From: Vicugna vicugna | Taxonomy: Eukaryota | Length of the DNA: 20,394 nt | NCBI GenBank assembly: GCA_013265495.1 | Contig: MU058065.1 | Span: 10,643,720 to 10,664,113 of the forward strand | Reading direction: 5' to 3' | Part shown: one piece after another, positions 1 through 11,469 of the stretch | Numbering within the stretch: the first letter of the stretch is position 1 | Layout of the letters: each line of letters begins with the position of its first letter | Made by a program: the position numbers and the translations under genes | Notes under the pieces: generated by a model | The model's database searches: none | What the model saw: the letters and a program-made list of their open reading frames with translations, nothing else | Told to the model about the DNA's origin: nothing

Positions 1-1368
1 TGTTTTTTAAAATTTTAATTTAGCTAGAGATTTAGTAACTCCATTTTTTTCATTCATTTTATTAGTTAATTGATTTCAGCTATTCTAACTACACATTCCT
101 TACTTTGTTAACCTTTGGCACATGTAATTTATTTTCTTAAATATAATCTGTGAATTCTCATCATAATTCCTTAATACTGAATTATATTTAAATATGGTTA
201 TTGGGATAAACTATACATTTTAAATATTACATATTCTGATTCATCAGTTTTAAAACTCTGAATTATATATCAGTGAAAATTAATATTGTTCCAAAGGCAC
301 ACAGAGTGGTAAATGATAAAAAAGAGACATTTTGTTTTATGAAGTCTAAGTATATTACTCATATGGATAAAGACATAGACGATTTAAGAAAATTGTCACA
401 GATGGAAAGCAGAATATTCTTTAATATTAACTTGCAGTGCTTTTTACATTTCTCTGAGAACATACTCACTTACCATATCAATTAATGTGTTTGCTGCCTT
501 TGAAATATATTTAGATATATGATACTATCAGTCTGGGAGAGCACTCAATGAACAGCTGAATCTACCTTTTCACATTACTATGTCATAAGGGTGGAAAATG
601 CTATAGTGTAATTTGTTTGAAGCACCTATTATAATGATGATGTAGTCAAGAAATAACAGTTAATTACCAAGATAGAGGCTGATCTTAAGCTAGTAAACAG
701 TGGTGTGTCTCTCTTTCCTGAGGAACTGTGTGATTTATGTAGCTAGGAAAGCATGTTATTTTTCATTACCACAACAGCCTCATGATCTGTATTCTATTCA
801 CATATGGAGAATAGAAAAATCTTCCTATATTTTCTATATTTTCCTATATAACATTTTCTTTGTTGTCTATTATTTAAAATAAAAGTTTAAGCTAATAAGA
901 GAGTATAGGGGTTGATTTTTTCCCACCCAAGCTATTTGAAAAGATAATATATAAATGTATATTGTTTCTTCTACTCCTACATAGAGTAAGTACTTGGCCA
1001 TTTAAATTACCATTTTAAGATTGCTGTCCTAATGAATAATTGTTCAACCAACTGTCCTTCTAAACATGTGCTCATATAAGATTTATACCTGATATATTTT
1101 CAAATATATGTATTTGAAAAACATGACTCCTTTAGTTGTTGGAAACCTAACCCAAATTAACTTATGTTAAAAAAAAAGCCATCAACATTTTAAATGATTT
1201 ATTTTCAATATACCATGGAAGAATAAAGGTTGACACTATTGTTTTCAAGCAAAACTGGATCCAGGGCTTCAGAGTGATTATCAGAACCACCATTGCTGTT
1301 CCCTCTTCCAGCTCTTCTTTTCTTTTATTGGCCTCATTCTTTAACAGTCCACAAATAACCTGTGAGTT

Positions 1369-1399
1369 AAAAAAACCAAAAAACCAAAAAACCAAAAAC
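1369..1399 (+). repeat. (AAAAAACC)n simple repeat, about 4 units
   Basis: aaaaaaaccaaaaaaccaaaaaaccaaaaac read directly. Confidence 0.85.
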
Positions 1400-1953
1400 A
1401 ACTACCTGATCAGTGAACAAAAACCAGGTTCATGTTCTTTCAATAGCATTATCCCAGAGTCCAGAAGTTTCTTCTCATTGATTTTAGCACAAAATTATTT
1501 TGGAAGGAGTTGTTTCACATCTTTTGTTTAGTTCACCCTACAGTACTGCATTTTGAAGGTAGGAGGAAGCTGATGGGCTGAGGACTGTTACGTGAAGGAA
1601 GGGTAAAGGTAAAATTTTTTTGAAAGGTAATGTTTACTCTACATAAAAATTAATATTATAACAATACACACACAAACACACTTAGATGAAGAGTCCTATT
1701 TTCTATTTTTTATCTCATAGAAGATAAGCTAGTGTACATATAGCCAAAAATCCCTAAGAGAATTGAGAAAAGGAAATACGTATGTGGACCATAATTTGAT
1801 ATGCACTGAACTTGCATATCCATTCTCTGTGAAAAACTGTACATCAGTTAGTGAGGTTTAAGAATCATTTTTTAAATCATTATTTATTACAATAGTACCA
1901 CAGAAACCAATGAGCAAATCAGTGCATAAAAACAGCCTTTATTTCATTCGTTA

Positions 1954-2110
1954 AAATCATAGAACTTTGAAACTAGATAAGAATTTTCAGATCATTTAGC
2001 CCAAACTACTTCAGATAAAGAGGAGAACATTGATTCTTAGTCACGTTAAATGATTGTCCAAAATCACACAAGTGATTACAAACAGTCACAGAACTAATAC
2101 CCTTTTAGTT
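1954..2110 (-). mobile_element. MIR/MIR3-like ancient SINE fragment
   Basis: aatcatagaacttt...agatcatttagcccaa...gttaaatgattgtccaaaatcacaca...cagaacta resembles the reverse-strand MIR core (gttaagtgacttgcccaaggtcacacag). Heavily diverged; boundaries approximate. Confidence 0.55.
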
Positions 2111-2894
2111 TCTTTATTTAGAAAGCTGCCATCAAGACTTGGAACTGTAAAAATTATAATTTTCCCTAACAAGGAAATAATGCTGGTTTAAGGAACCAGG
2201 GGCAGTACTTCAATGTACACGTTTCAGGCATGAATAAATGTAGGTTGTTCTCTGTCAGCTGTTGTCTCTCTCTTCATGCAAGTTCCTTTGTGTTCCAGTC
2301 TTTGCCCCAGAACTCTGCCAAAGGAGTAGCCAATCATTAACAAGTAAGAAAAAAATCCTCCTACTGGTCAAAAGGCAGGATGAGGAAATCAGGTAAATAT
2401 TGCAGGCATCAAACCCAAGTACAGATTAAAAACCAAGTAACATTGATGTGGTTCAGAGATGTGCAGAATGATATGTCTGTTCCTCAAATAAAAGTTTTAT
2501 CCAGCATCATGCTTTTCAACAATCTCCCAATTGACTAGCAAAATGGTATAAACTATTTGTTTCCTTTGTTTCTCATTCTAACCCTAATCATGTAAACATT
2601 TTAAAATTCTGAGGAAAAATGAAAGATAGTCACATAGGTTAAGTAAAAACAAACAATAAAGCACAATTCTAAAGATTTTCCTCATATATTCTAGAGAAAA
2701 TTTAAAAAATAATTGTCCTGTTTTAAAAGTAGTGCATTCACCTCTTCCTATACTCTAAATACTGTCACTTTTGTCTTTACCCTAATGTAACCACTAATCA
2801 GGCACATACATGTAGGATGAATAACACATTAAAGCGAAAAATATCAATTTAATGTGGATATCATACTGATGAATTGAAAGTAATATTAACATTA

Positions 2895-3077
2895 CTAAAA
2901 TAACAGCATTGATTGCATGCTTGCTGAAACAGGTTTTATATTAAAAGCACTCACAGGGATTATTTCATTTAATTGTCATAATGTCTTTTAAAAATTGCAT
3001 AGTCATTAACAGGCAGAAGCAAGATTTGAATGGGATTGTTTAATTCAAGACCCTAAACTATTAAGCCATTACACTGT
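2895..3077 (-). mobile_element. MIR SINE fragment, internally deleted
   Basis: gcactcacagggattatttcatttaattgtcataat and ggcagaagcaagatttgaa...ttcaagaccc...taagccattacactg match both ends of reverse-strand MIR. Confidence 0.6.
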
Positions 3078-5427
3078 AATTTACATTAAAAAAATGGGTT
3101 CTATAGGGAAAAATCATTGAATTTCTTAAGAAACAAATTAATAGAAAAACATGTAAAAATTAAAATAAATATATAACCAAGTACAGCATTCATAGTGTAT
3201 TCTACTCTAAGTGCCTGGATACAAATATATTTGATTACACTATGCATCAAAATTATAGCAGTCAACTTTAGAGTCAAAAGAACATGGTAAATAAATAAGA
3301 AAGGGTACATATTAAATTAGGTCTAGTGATTTATCTGGACAAAATTTAAGATTACCAGAGACAATATTGTTGATAAAATTCATGACATAAAATATATTAC
3401 TGTTTGTAATCTTATTGTGGTGAAAATTGATATGTAATATAAAGAGAATTTGGAATTTGGGATTAAGAAATTGTGTAATAATTTCCTGCAAAACCTAAAG
3501 ATAATGAGTCCCCTGGATATGGTTTCAGAAAACAGTCATTCAAAATTAATTGAAAAGTCAAAGATTTAATAGGAATAAATTATAGCTTATAAATTCCTTT
3601 TATATTAAAATGATATCACATTAAAATCAGAGCAAGATATTTGGCCAGATTTCATGTAAAGTTACAAACCTTTTAATATATTATATTATACCTGCTACTT
3701 TAAAATTATATAGGATAAAACTTCAATCTCAGATATATATATTGCTTAGACTTGATTAAAAGAAGATATTTAATTATTTTATTTTATTTTTACTTAGAGA
3801 CCCTAAAGGATATATTTATATACAAACTATGGTAATGTTTTATTTTGATAGAGCATTATTTGTTCCACATACCCTGTTATATTTCTATCAGTCACACACC
3901 AAAGGCCACCACTATCATTAAGTTTTCTCTATATTTTCAACTTATTTAAGATGTTTTATTACAAATATGTCATTTTTAGTTGCTTATCTTTTTAATTTAC
4001 ACGTGTAACATCCTTTTATAGAACTCCATGCCAGAGCATTCACTGTATTTTTCTCATTACAATGCAACAGTATATGTAAAAACACTCTGGTCAGATCTTA
4101 TTTAGGTATAACATAGTCTTTACTATTCGAACTAGAGAGATAATTATGTTTTTATATCCCATTGTATATGGTTATGACTAACTTCCAGTGCCATCAGGGA
4201 AAAGTTGATATTTTAAGATAAGAGCCATTTGGAACTTTGCATCCTTGCTTGATAAAATGTTCCTGGAAAATATCCAAACTTCATCTTTCCTCTCAGAATA
4301 CACCTTATGTGATTTTTAAGATCAAAATGCCTAGTACTAATTTGTCAAACAAAAAGAAAGATATATAGATTTTAAATTACTATTATTGAAATGCAGCTTA
4401 GACTGTATCCTGTATATATGAATACAGTGTGAAAAAATAATAGATTTATGAAAGGACATTTGAATGCACAATAAAGAATAATTATCTCTGTGCTTTTGTT
4501 ACTAAAAATGGAGCTCCACATACATGCTAGAAAATGTCCCCAAAAAGCATGTAAAATATAATAAGCATGCCAAATTGCAGACATATTGAGATATCTACAA
4601 TTAAGAATTCCACATTTTCTGATTGAGGCAATGAAGTAGTATATGATTACCACCATTGAGAGTATACAGGACTAGAAAAAAAAAGTGTAAAGAAAACTAG
4701 AAGCTTTTTGAATTAAAAGATTAGCAGGACAATTTTGGAGAAGTTAAAAGAATAAAACATTCATTTAAATATACCAAAACATCAAAATGTCTTAAGAGAA
4801 ATCTCTCAGGCTCAACAGAAGAAATTGGAAACAATAATAAAATTATGAGATCCGAAGTTCAAACTACTTTCCACTTACTCATTTCAACATTCTGACTTAT
4901 GAGAAATTTAATAACCAGGAACAGTAAGTCAATCCAGTCTGTCAGAATGATCTCTATTAGTTGTATACATTGAAACCCAAGAAGTGGTGAAAGTGTCTAA
5001 AATATATGTGAAGCACTTTAAATGAAGATAAATAAATAAAAAAGTATTAGAAATACTGGTGCTAGAGATATCATTACATGAAAATTTTGTTTTGTGTGCT
5101 TTTAACGAAACCTTTAATAATTTGAGTGACCAGCCTAATCAGTTTTTTTATTTCTCAGTAAAGTGCTTCTAAAGTTTGAAACCAGAGAAATAGAAAGCAA
5201 AGGACTTCAGAATTTGTTTTAGGGGGAATAGGTCATATATACTATTGGTTCTAAAATTAACTGTTATTTTTTAGTATTTGGCTGTTTTATTCCAGTTTAT
5301 GTTCTCTTTAATGTAATTTTTAAATTAACACTTGCCTAAAGTTCTGGAAGGCTGCCCAAATAGTCTCCCAGGTTTCAGTTTCCTCCATTATATGCAGGAA
5401 AGGTGATCCATCTTCTCTGAATCAGCT

Positions 5428-5497
5428 CTGTTTATATTACACCCTGCGAACTGAGCTCCATACTGCTTATATTACACCCTGCTAACCAAGCTCCATA
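5428..5497 (+). repeat. 35-bp tandem duplication (2 copies, 31/35 identical)
   Basis: ctgtttatattacaccctgcgaactgagctccata (5428-5462) is followed directly by ctgcttatattacaccctgctaaccaagctccata (5463-5497). Confidence 0.9.
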
Positions 5498-5519
5498 TTT
5501 TCCTTTATATGGTTATTAG

Positions 5520-5958
5520 TATGTATTTATCATCCTCTGCAATTTAACCAAAACCTACTTTACCAAATTTATTCCATTCCGTATCTTGAAAACCCAGTCT
5601 ATATTTCAGACACTCAGCATTCCTGCAACTAACTTTGTACTTTTCTATATCCATGCCCAAGTTGTTTTCCCCACAAAGAATTTTCCTTAATTTGGAGGGT
5701 TGTATATCCTCTCTCTCTCAAGATTAAATATTATCTCAATCATGATGTCTTTTAAAATCCTATGTCAGAATTAATCTCCCTTATCTTACAACTATCACTT
5801 ATTTGTACCATGTACTTCAGGTATTTATGTTTGTTTCTTTCATTCTGTCATGAATTAGTTGAAGACATAAGCCTGCTCATTCTTCTCTGAAATCCTGATT
5901 CCTTCTGACTTGGTAAAGACAACATGTATTAAGCAAATGTCCTTTGTGTGAATTCATA
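5520..5958 (+). mobile_element. LINE-2 (L2) 3' end remnant
   Basis: Pyrimidine-rich stretch with L2 3'-end-like order of motifs (atttatgtttgtttcttt...tgaattagttgaagaca...ttcttctctgaaatcc...gcaaatgtcctttgtgtgaat). Highly diverged. Confidence 0.45.
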
Positions 5959-6249
5959 AGTTAACATTAGTTAGTTGGTACTTAAATTACCAACTTAGGA
6001 TGGAATATAAATAAATTTCTATTAACTTTCATCAAAGATTAATTTTCATAGAGCAATCCAACTCAAGCTCAAATATTAATGATACTAACCTACACAGCCA
6101 ATATTTTTAAATAGTCTCTGCCTTTCCTTTAAAAAAAAGACATTAGCTTTAAAAAATAAAGTTATTAAAATGGAAAATGTATATTGATAAAAAGCCTTGC
6201 TTTTTTGTAATTCTACCATTAATTAAACAGTTTTTACTTCTAAAAGGAT

Positions 6250-7090
6250 TATGTAGACATGTCTTTATATCCCTGTGCACATGCACATTTAAAAGATAAT
6301 TTTTCCTATGTTGCTAATAATTTCCTTATGATACGTTATAGCTATTTAGTAGCTACTTTGTAATGTTGAGTTATCAACATTTATGGAACCAAGACTCTAT
6401 TTGGACATTAAAGTGATTTGCAATTTTATTATTATTAGTTTTAAAAATTTTATTTTTTTTGTTTTTGTTTTGGAAAGAGGTAATTAAGTTTTATTTATTT
6501 TCTTATTTATTTTAATGGAGGTACTGGGGATTGAATCCAGGACCTTGTACATGCTAAACATGTGCTCTACCACTGAGCTACAGCCTCCTCCACTGATTTG
6601 CAATTTTAAAAGCCTTACTGCAAATAAGGTAGCCATGAAAAACTGTGCAAACTGAGATACTTTTGAAAATAAAAATGATGTATATTAATAATTTACTTAT
6701 AAACAATATTGTAATAAATAACCATGTGAATGTATTTGTGAGGTAAACCACATCTGTTTTTCTTGTGCCTTTCTAAAGTTTGAATTGCTGTGTCAGAATA
6801 TAAACATTTTTTAAGTCTTTAAACTGCATGTCTTCCAAAAGGCATGTCAGCATGATATGTTCTGCCACCAGGAATAAAAGTAAATATTCCCTGTACTCTC
6901 AAAAAGCTGGGGATAGTTTTCTACAATGTTATGAGTTCAACAAAAGGGATCATGTCACAATGTAAATTTGATTTTCATTTCTTTGAATACTAGTGAGGTA
7001 GAACATCCTTTCACATATTGTCTTGGACACTTATATTTCCTCTTCTGTAAATTTTTAAAAGCCTATCAAATTCATATTTTTTATGTTTGA
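6250..7090 (-). mobile_element. Old L1M (L1ME-like) ORF2-end/3' fragment, interrupted by a SINE
   Basis: tggacattaaagtgatttgcaatttt, gaattgctgtgtcaga, tcttccaaaagg and ttttcatttctttgaatactagtgaggtagaacatcctttcacatat...tatatttcctcttctgtaaat are typical antisense L1M motifs. Confidence 0.7.
6429..6591 (-). mobile_element. tRNA-Ala-derived SINE (Vic-1-like, camelid)
   Basis: Minus strand reads ggaggaggctgtagctcagtggtagagcacatgtttagcatgtacaaggtcctggattcaatccccagtacctcca (tRNA-like head, 6516-6591, with A box and degenerate B box), then an AT-rich region, a taattacctc motif and an A-rich tail. Flanked by the 15-bp TSD tgatttgcaatttta (6414-6428 and 6594-6608). Confidence 0.9.
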
Positions 7091-9199
7091 TTTCTTTTGT
7101 TTTACGGTTGAGTTCTGGCTACATGAATGCTTGAAGACAATTGACAACTACAATAGATTTCACAAACTAAGGTGATTTGAGATTTATCTTCAACATTGTC
7201 TAAGGTTGGAAATATAAAAAAAAATCAAAGTAATACTTAAAATATAATATTTAATAACTTCCTGATGATAGAATGATAGGATAATTAAGGATTATGAGAT
7301 AAATATAGTATAATAGGGAAATTTATTTTTAATTTATTGTTGTAATCATATAGTTTAAATTAAAATAATGAGTATATTAGCAAAAATTCTTCTGTACATA
7401 TGCATGATCAGATTGATTCATTCAGTATTTTGTATGTCAGAATACATACTGATAGAATTTTGAGTCTAGTTAGAGTGGCTGCATTTGTAAAGAACATTGG
7501 TTGATTTACCCTGTAATTTGTTCTTTATTATATTTTTTGTAAAAACATGAGTCAGGAAGTCATCTGCTTTCTGATAAACAAGAATAGAAAAGAAATGTCA
7601 ATTTCGTGAATATGAATAAGTACCAAGCTGTTCCCTAAAGGACAATTGAATTATTATTAAAAATTCTTTGTTGACAGAATGAAATGAATAGATTGTACTC
7701 TGACCAAAGAATCATTTTAATCTAAGAAATTGAGCTCAGTTATTGATAGGAATATCTATGAGGATACAATCAAACTGAGAAGCTAATTAATTATAATTTC
7801 TCATTATATCAGTGACTAAACTCTGAAGTTTATTCTGTCTCATGTATGATATGAAAGTCAAAGGTGAATCATTTAATTATAATTATAATTAGATTTTTAA
7901 ATGTTTACATTTTTAAATATTTGACCTAAATATTATTTGGAGACTAACAATTTATCTCAAACAAATCTTTTTCTCTATAATTAGAATAACATTGAGATTC
8001 TATGGTCAGACAAGTTAGTTACAACAGTTTTTTTTTTTTTAAATGCAGCTGAATTACTGTGAAAATTATTGTGATAACTACTAATCACCTGGGGACAGAT
8101 ATATTGATACATATCAAGTTAACCATATAATTATTCTAGATAAATATATAATGGAGAGGAGCTGTTTGAATATATTTTTAAGTTAAACCATCCTAATTAT
8201 GTAGATTTGTACCCGAGCCTTTGCAAAAACTGCAAAAAAAAAAAGGCAAATTTAAACATTTCTCAAATTGTTTGTGGCTGATGAGCATGTTCCATAATAT
8301 TCTGAGAATAATGGAAAAAGTATTGTCCTGTGATGTAACTTTTGTTCAACATTACTTTTGCTATAAAGTGCCTTGCTGTCATGGACAGTAAAACCAAACT
8401 TGATATCCAGGACTGTAGCTTTATCAGAGATAATCAATCTCTCAATTTAAATACAATTCTCTGACTTCAATTAGCCATAGTTGACAAAATTATGTTAAAA
8501 TACACACATCACTTCTAAGGACATATTACAGTGAGGCTGTTCTTAGTCCTCCTATTTCAAAATATTATCACATGTATGTGCTGTAAATTCAGTAATTTAA
8601 AGATAAAACTGCTGTTTTTTTTAATTATTCTACATAAAGTATTTAGAAAACATCAAATTTTTTTCTTTCTGTGGATGTCTACTTCATTTTTCTAATGTAA
8701 TCTGTAAATCTACATAGATACTTTTTTCTCTTATTCTCGGGATATATTTTAGAATACATAATCTTAATTACCTTTCTAACATTTTTAGTTATAAGAAGAA
8801 CAATCAGATGTCTTATGGATCATCTGTTGGTTACTTAGCTGTTCAAGTATCATGTATGATATAAAAATTTTAGATGGACTCTTAAGTTTCTTGTAATACA
8901 ACAAAGGGTAAACACACACACTAGAAAGTTTGATTCAGAAACATTTTGGATAAGTTGATAGATAATATGTTTTGAAGTAAAGATGATATAAACATAAAGA
9001 CAAAATACTGTTTTGTGTTTAAAATACTGAGATGTGTGCATGTCGTATCTTCTGATCAAAAGATGATCAGCATCTTCAATGGCATTTGTGTTTCAAATTT
9101 CAAATAAGAAGCCACACTAGCCAGAATAATAGTTCTTTTAAATTAAATTTCAGAATGTTATATTTTACCCATGGTTTTGTTCTCTAATAAATTGGATAT

Positions 9200-9420
9200 A
9201 TGCACTCATCTATTATTCACCACATTGTTTTGACCAACTAATATAGGCCAGGCTCTTTTTTAACTACGGGGGACAGAGCAGTGTACAAAATAGAAGGATC
9301 ATACCTGTTCTTATGGCATTTTATTACAGAGTGATAATGTTGCAGTAATAAAAATATGCACAGTTATAATGTCAGAGTAAGAAAAAACAAAAACAAAAGC
9401 CCTCAATTATATTAAAAGCC
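9200..9420 (-). mobile_element. LINE-2 (L2) 3' end fragment
   Basis: attcaccacattgttttgaccaactaatataggccaggctc...gggggacagagcagtgtacaaaataga...cctgttcttatggcatttta matches the antisense L2 terminus (tattgagcacctactatgtgccaggcactg...ggggatacagcagtgaacaagacaga). Confidence 0.7.
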
Positions 9421-9514
9421 ACAAAAGAATAGCGACAAAGAAGCTAGTTCTCAATTAGTTAGAGGCTCTCTGCTGATAAAGGACCATTAATAATAACAAG
9501 AATGGGAAGGAATT

Positions 9515-9990
9515 TCGAGCAGGTCATTTGCCTGACTGGTTTCAGATATTTTTCTTACCCTTTCTTGATTCCACTGGGTATAACAAGGAGACTGATCTCT
9601 GCAGATTCCAACTGGGACCAGCAAAAAGAAAACATTGGTGGGGGACTGGGAGGTGGAAGAAGAGAAAATGAAGTGTCTACTCTTTGTCTCTGGTATCTCC
9701 AGCAGTTGCTCTGTTCTCTGTGGCTCTCGCTGCCAATGAAGTACCCATTCCTATAGAATTCCACCTCTCTCTCTAAGCAACCCCTCATATGGCTGTGGTT
9801 TCTTAGTCCTCAAAAGGTCCAGGGTTCTTGGGTTAGGTTCCATGTCTTTCTCTCATTGTTCCTTTAGCCCTATGATCAGTTGCTTTGTCTCCTTGCCGGC
9901 ATTGCAGAGATCTGACCACTCTGTCTTGTGACACCTTACCAATTTCTTATATTAATGCTCTTACTTTAAAATCCTAGACTATTTTTTTTT
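9515..9990 (+). mobile_element. ERVL solo LTR (LTR33/LTR41-like)
   Basis: Locally GC-richer block with ggagactgatctctgcaga, ggtgggggactgggaggtggaagaagagaaaat, tctctcattgttcctttagcccta and a 3' accaatttcttatattaatgctcttactttaaaatcctaga, in the order recalled for LTR33/LTR41. Confidence 0.6.
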
Positions 9991-11469
9991 TGTTTTGGGG
10001 GGAATAAATCTAAATTAATATTGGTTAAAATATGGATACCTCTGAAAACCTGAAGAATAAAATTGATTCTTATTACTTAAGTGGTGATTAAGGAGGAATG
10101 TCCTGCAGGCTAAACTCCTCCCCATTCTCTGGGGATTGAGTTTACATGCAGGCAGATTCTCCTCTGCTTCTTCACGGTGTCTTAACCTGGTCAGGTGGGT
10201 TGATGTCCAGAGGCCTTGGTTTATCATCACGTATTATTCAGTGGTGGACTGAAAAAAATCACAATGTGAGAGTGACGACGTGGAGATGGGGTTTATTTGA
10301 CATTTCTGGTTTGTGAAGTGTGTGGCTGTGCCATGCAGAATTCCAGTTTTATGTGAATATGAAACAGTTAAATGTTAAAGATTTACAGGTGTTTTATTAG
10401 AAATTTTAAAGGGGACCAGTCTTTTCTCCTTTGAAACTGACAGTCTTGGACCTATTTCTACAACAAATGCAAAGCCCAGAACTTACAGAAGAAAAAACAC
10501 AAATCTGGTAATTTGAAGAGAATACCAGTGGGAGCCATCCAGTAACTCAGAACATTAAACAAAATTGTGACATATATTTAGAAAATGTGCCATTTAAAAA
10601 TAAGTTATATTTACCAGAAAAAAAATTATAAAAATCATTCTTCATTTTGCCCAGTGTTAGAATTTTAATGTTTTGCTTTATTTTGTTTTAAAAATGTAAG
10701 AAAGAATTGCTAATTTCTTTTGAAATGCCTTTGATTATAGTAAAGGTTACTGGACTTGCCCCCATAGAATGCTACTCGCATCACAATAACCCTGTGTAAA
10801 TAGGTTAGTGAAATTTTCATTAAATGAGACCTTGTGCTAGAAATCCAAAGAACCTCTTTCAGACAGAGACACTATTTTATATAACTGTAAAAGTATAATG
10901 AAAAACTTAAAGTGAAACATGAAGATATATTATAAATGGAAATATATTTCAATTATAATTCTATAGGTTTTCTATGGTACAAATTCTGTCTGGTCCCTCT
11001 TATTTATTGACTATTCATACTATTGGCATCTAGTATATTTTTCAGTTTTTGACAAAAAGCGTAAATGAAAAGATAAATGAGGTACTAGGTAAGTGAGTCC
11101 AAAATAAACTGTATTTTATGTGGCTCATGTTCTATCTTTATCACATTTAAAGCTATGAGTAGGACAGGCAATCAGCATGAGTATTTTTTAAATTTTAATT
11201 TCCCAGTGGATTTTTTTTTTTGCTTTTTAGAACTAAACTGCTTTCTTATTTTAGCAGTAGTATAGATTCTAATCATATATTTTCAATAATTAGCTACAAA
11301 TTGAAATATTAAATCAATGAGAATATTGAAATATGGAACTAAACATTGTATTCACCAAAGTGTGACAGGAAATAAAGAGAGTTAATCAGGATGAAGGATC
11401 ACTGTTTTCAGTCAAGTAGGAAATAGGTAATTGTTTTCTCAGTAAAGGTATAGTACTCAAAATTCACTG

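Noticed and set aside
5428..5497. CRISPR-like repeats (35 bp)
   Set aside because: Only two adjacent copies, no spacers, no cas genes, and a mammalian context.
6516..6591. Functional tRNA-Ala gene
   Set aside because: It has a SINE tail and TSD, CpG decay in the stems and a mutated B box; it is the SINE head.
8800..9070. Short hairpins (cagatg...catctg; ctgatca-aaaga-tgatcag), with similar ones at 6362-6381 and 19750-19780
   Set aside because: Stems of 5-8 bp are expected by chance in 20 kb of AT-rich DNA; none is pre-miRNA length.
10160..10231. C/D box snoRNA on the minus strand (GTGATGA ... CTGA)
   Set aside because: The C-to-D distance is only about 40 nt, there is no later terminal D box, and I see no terminal stem or recognisable guide.
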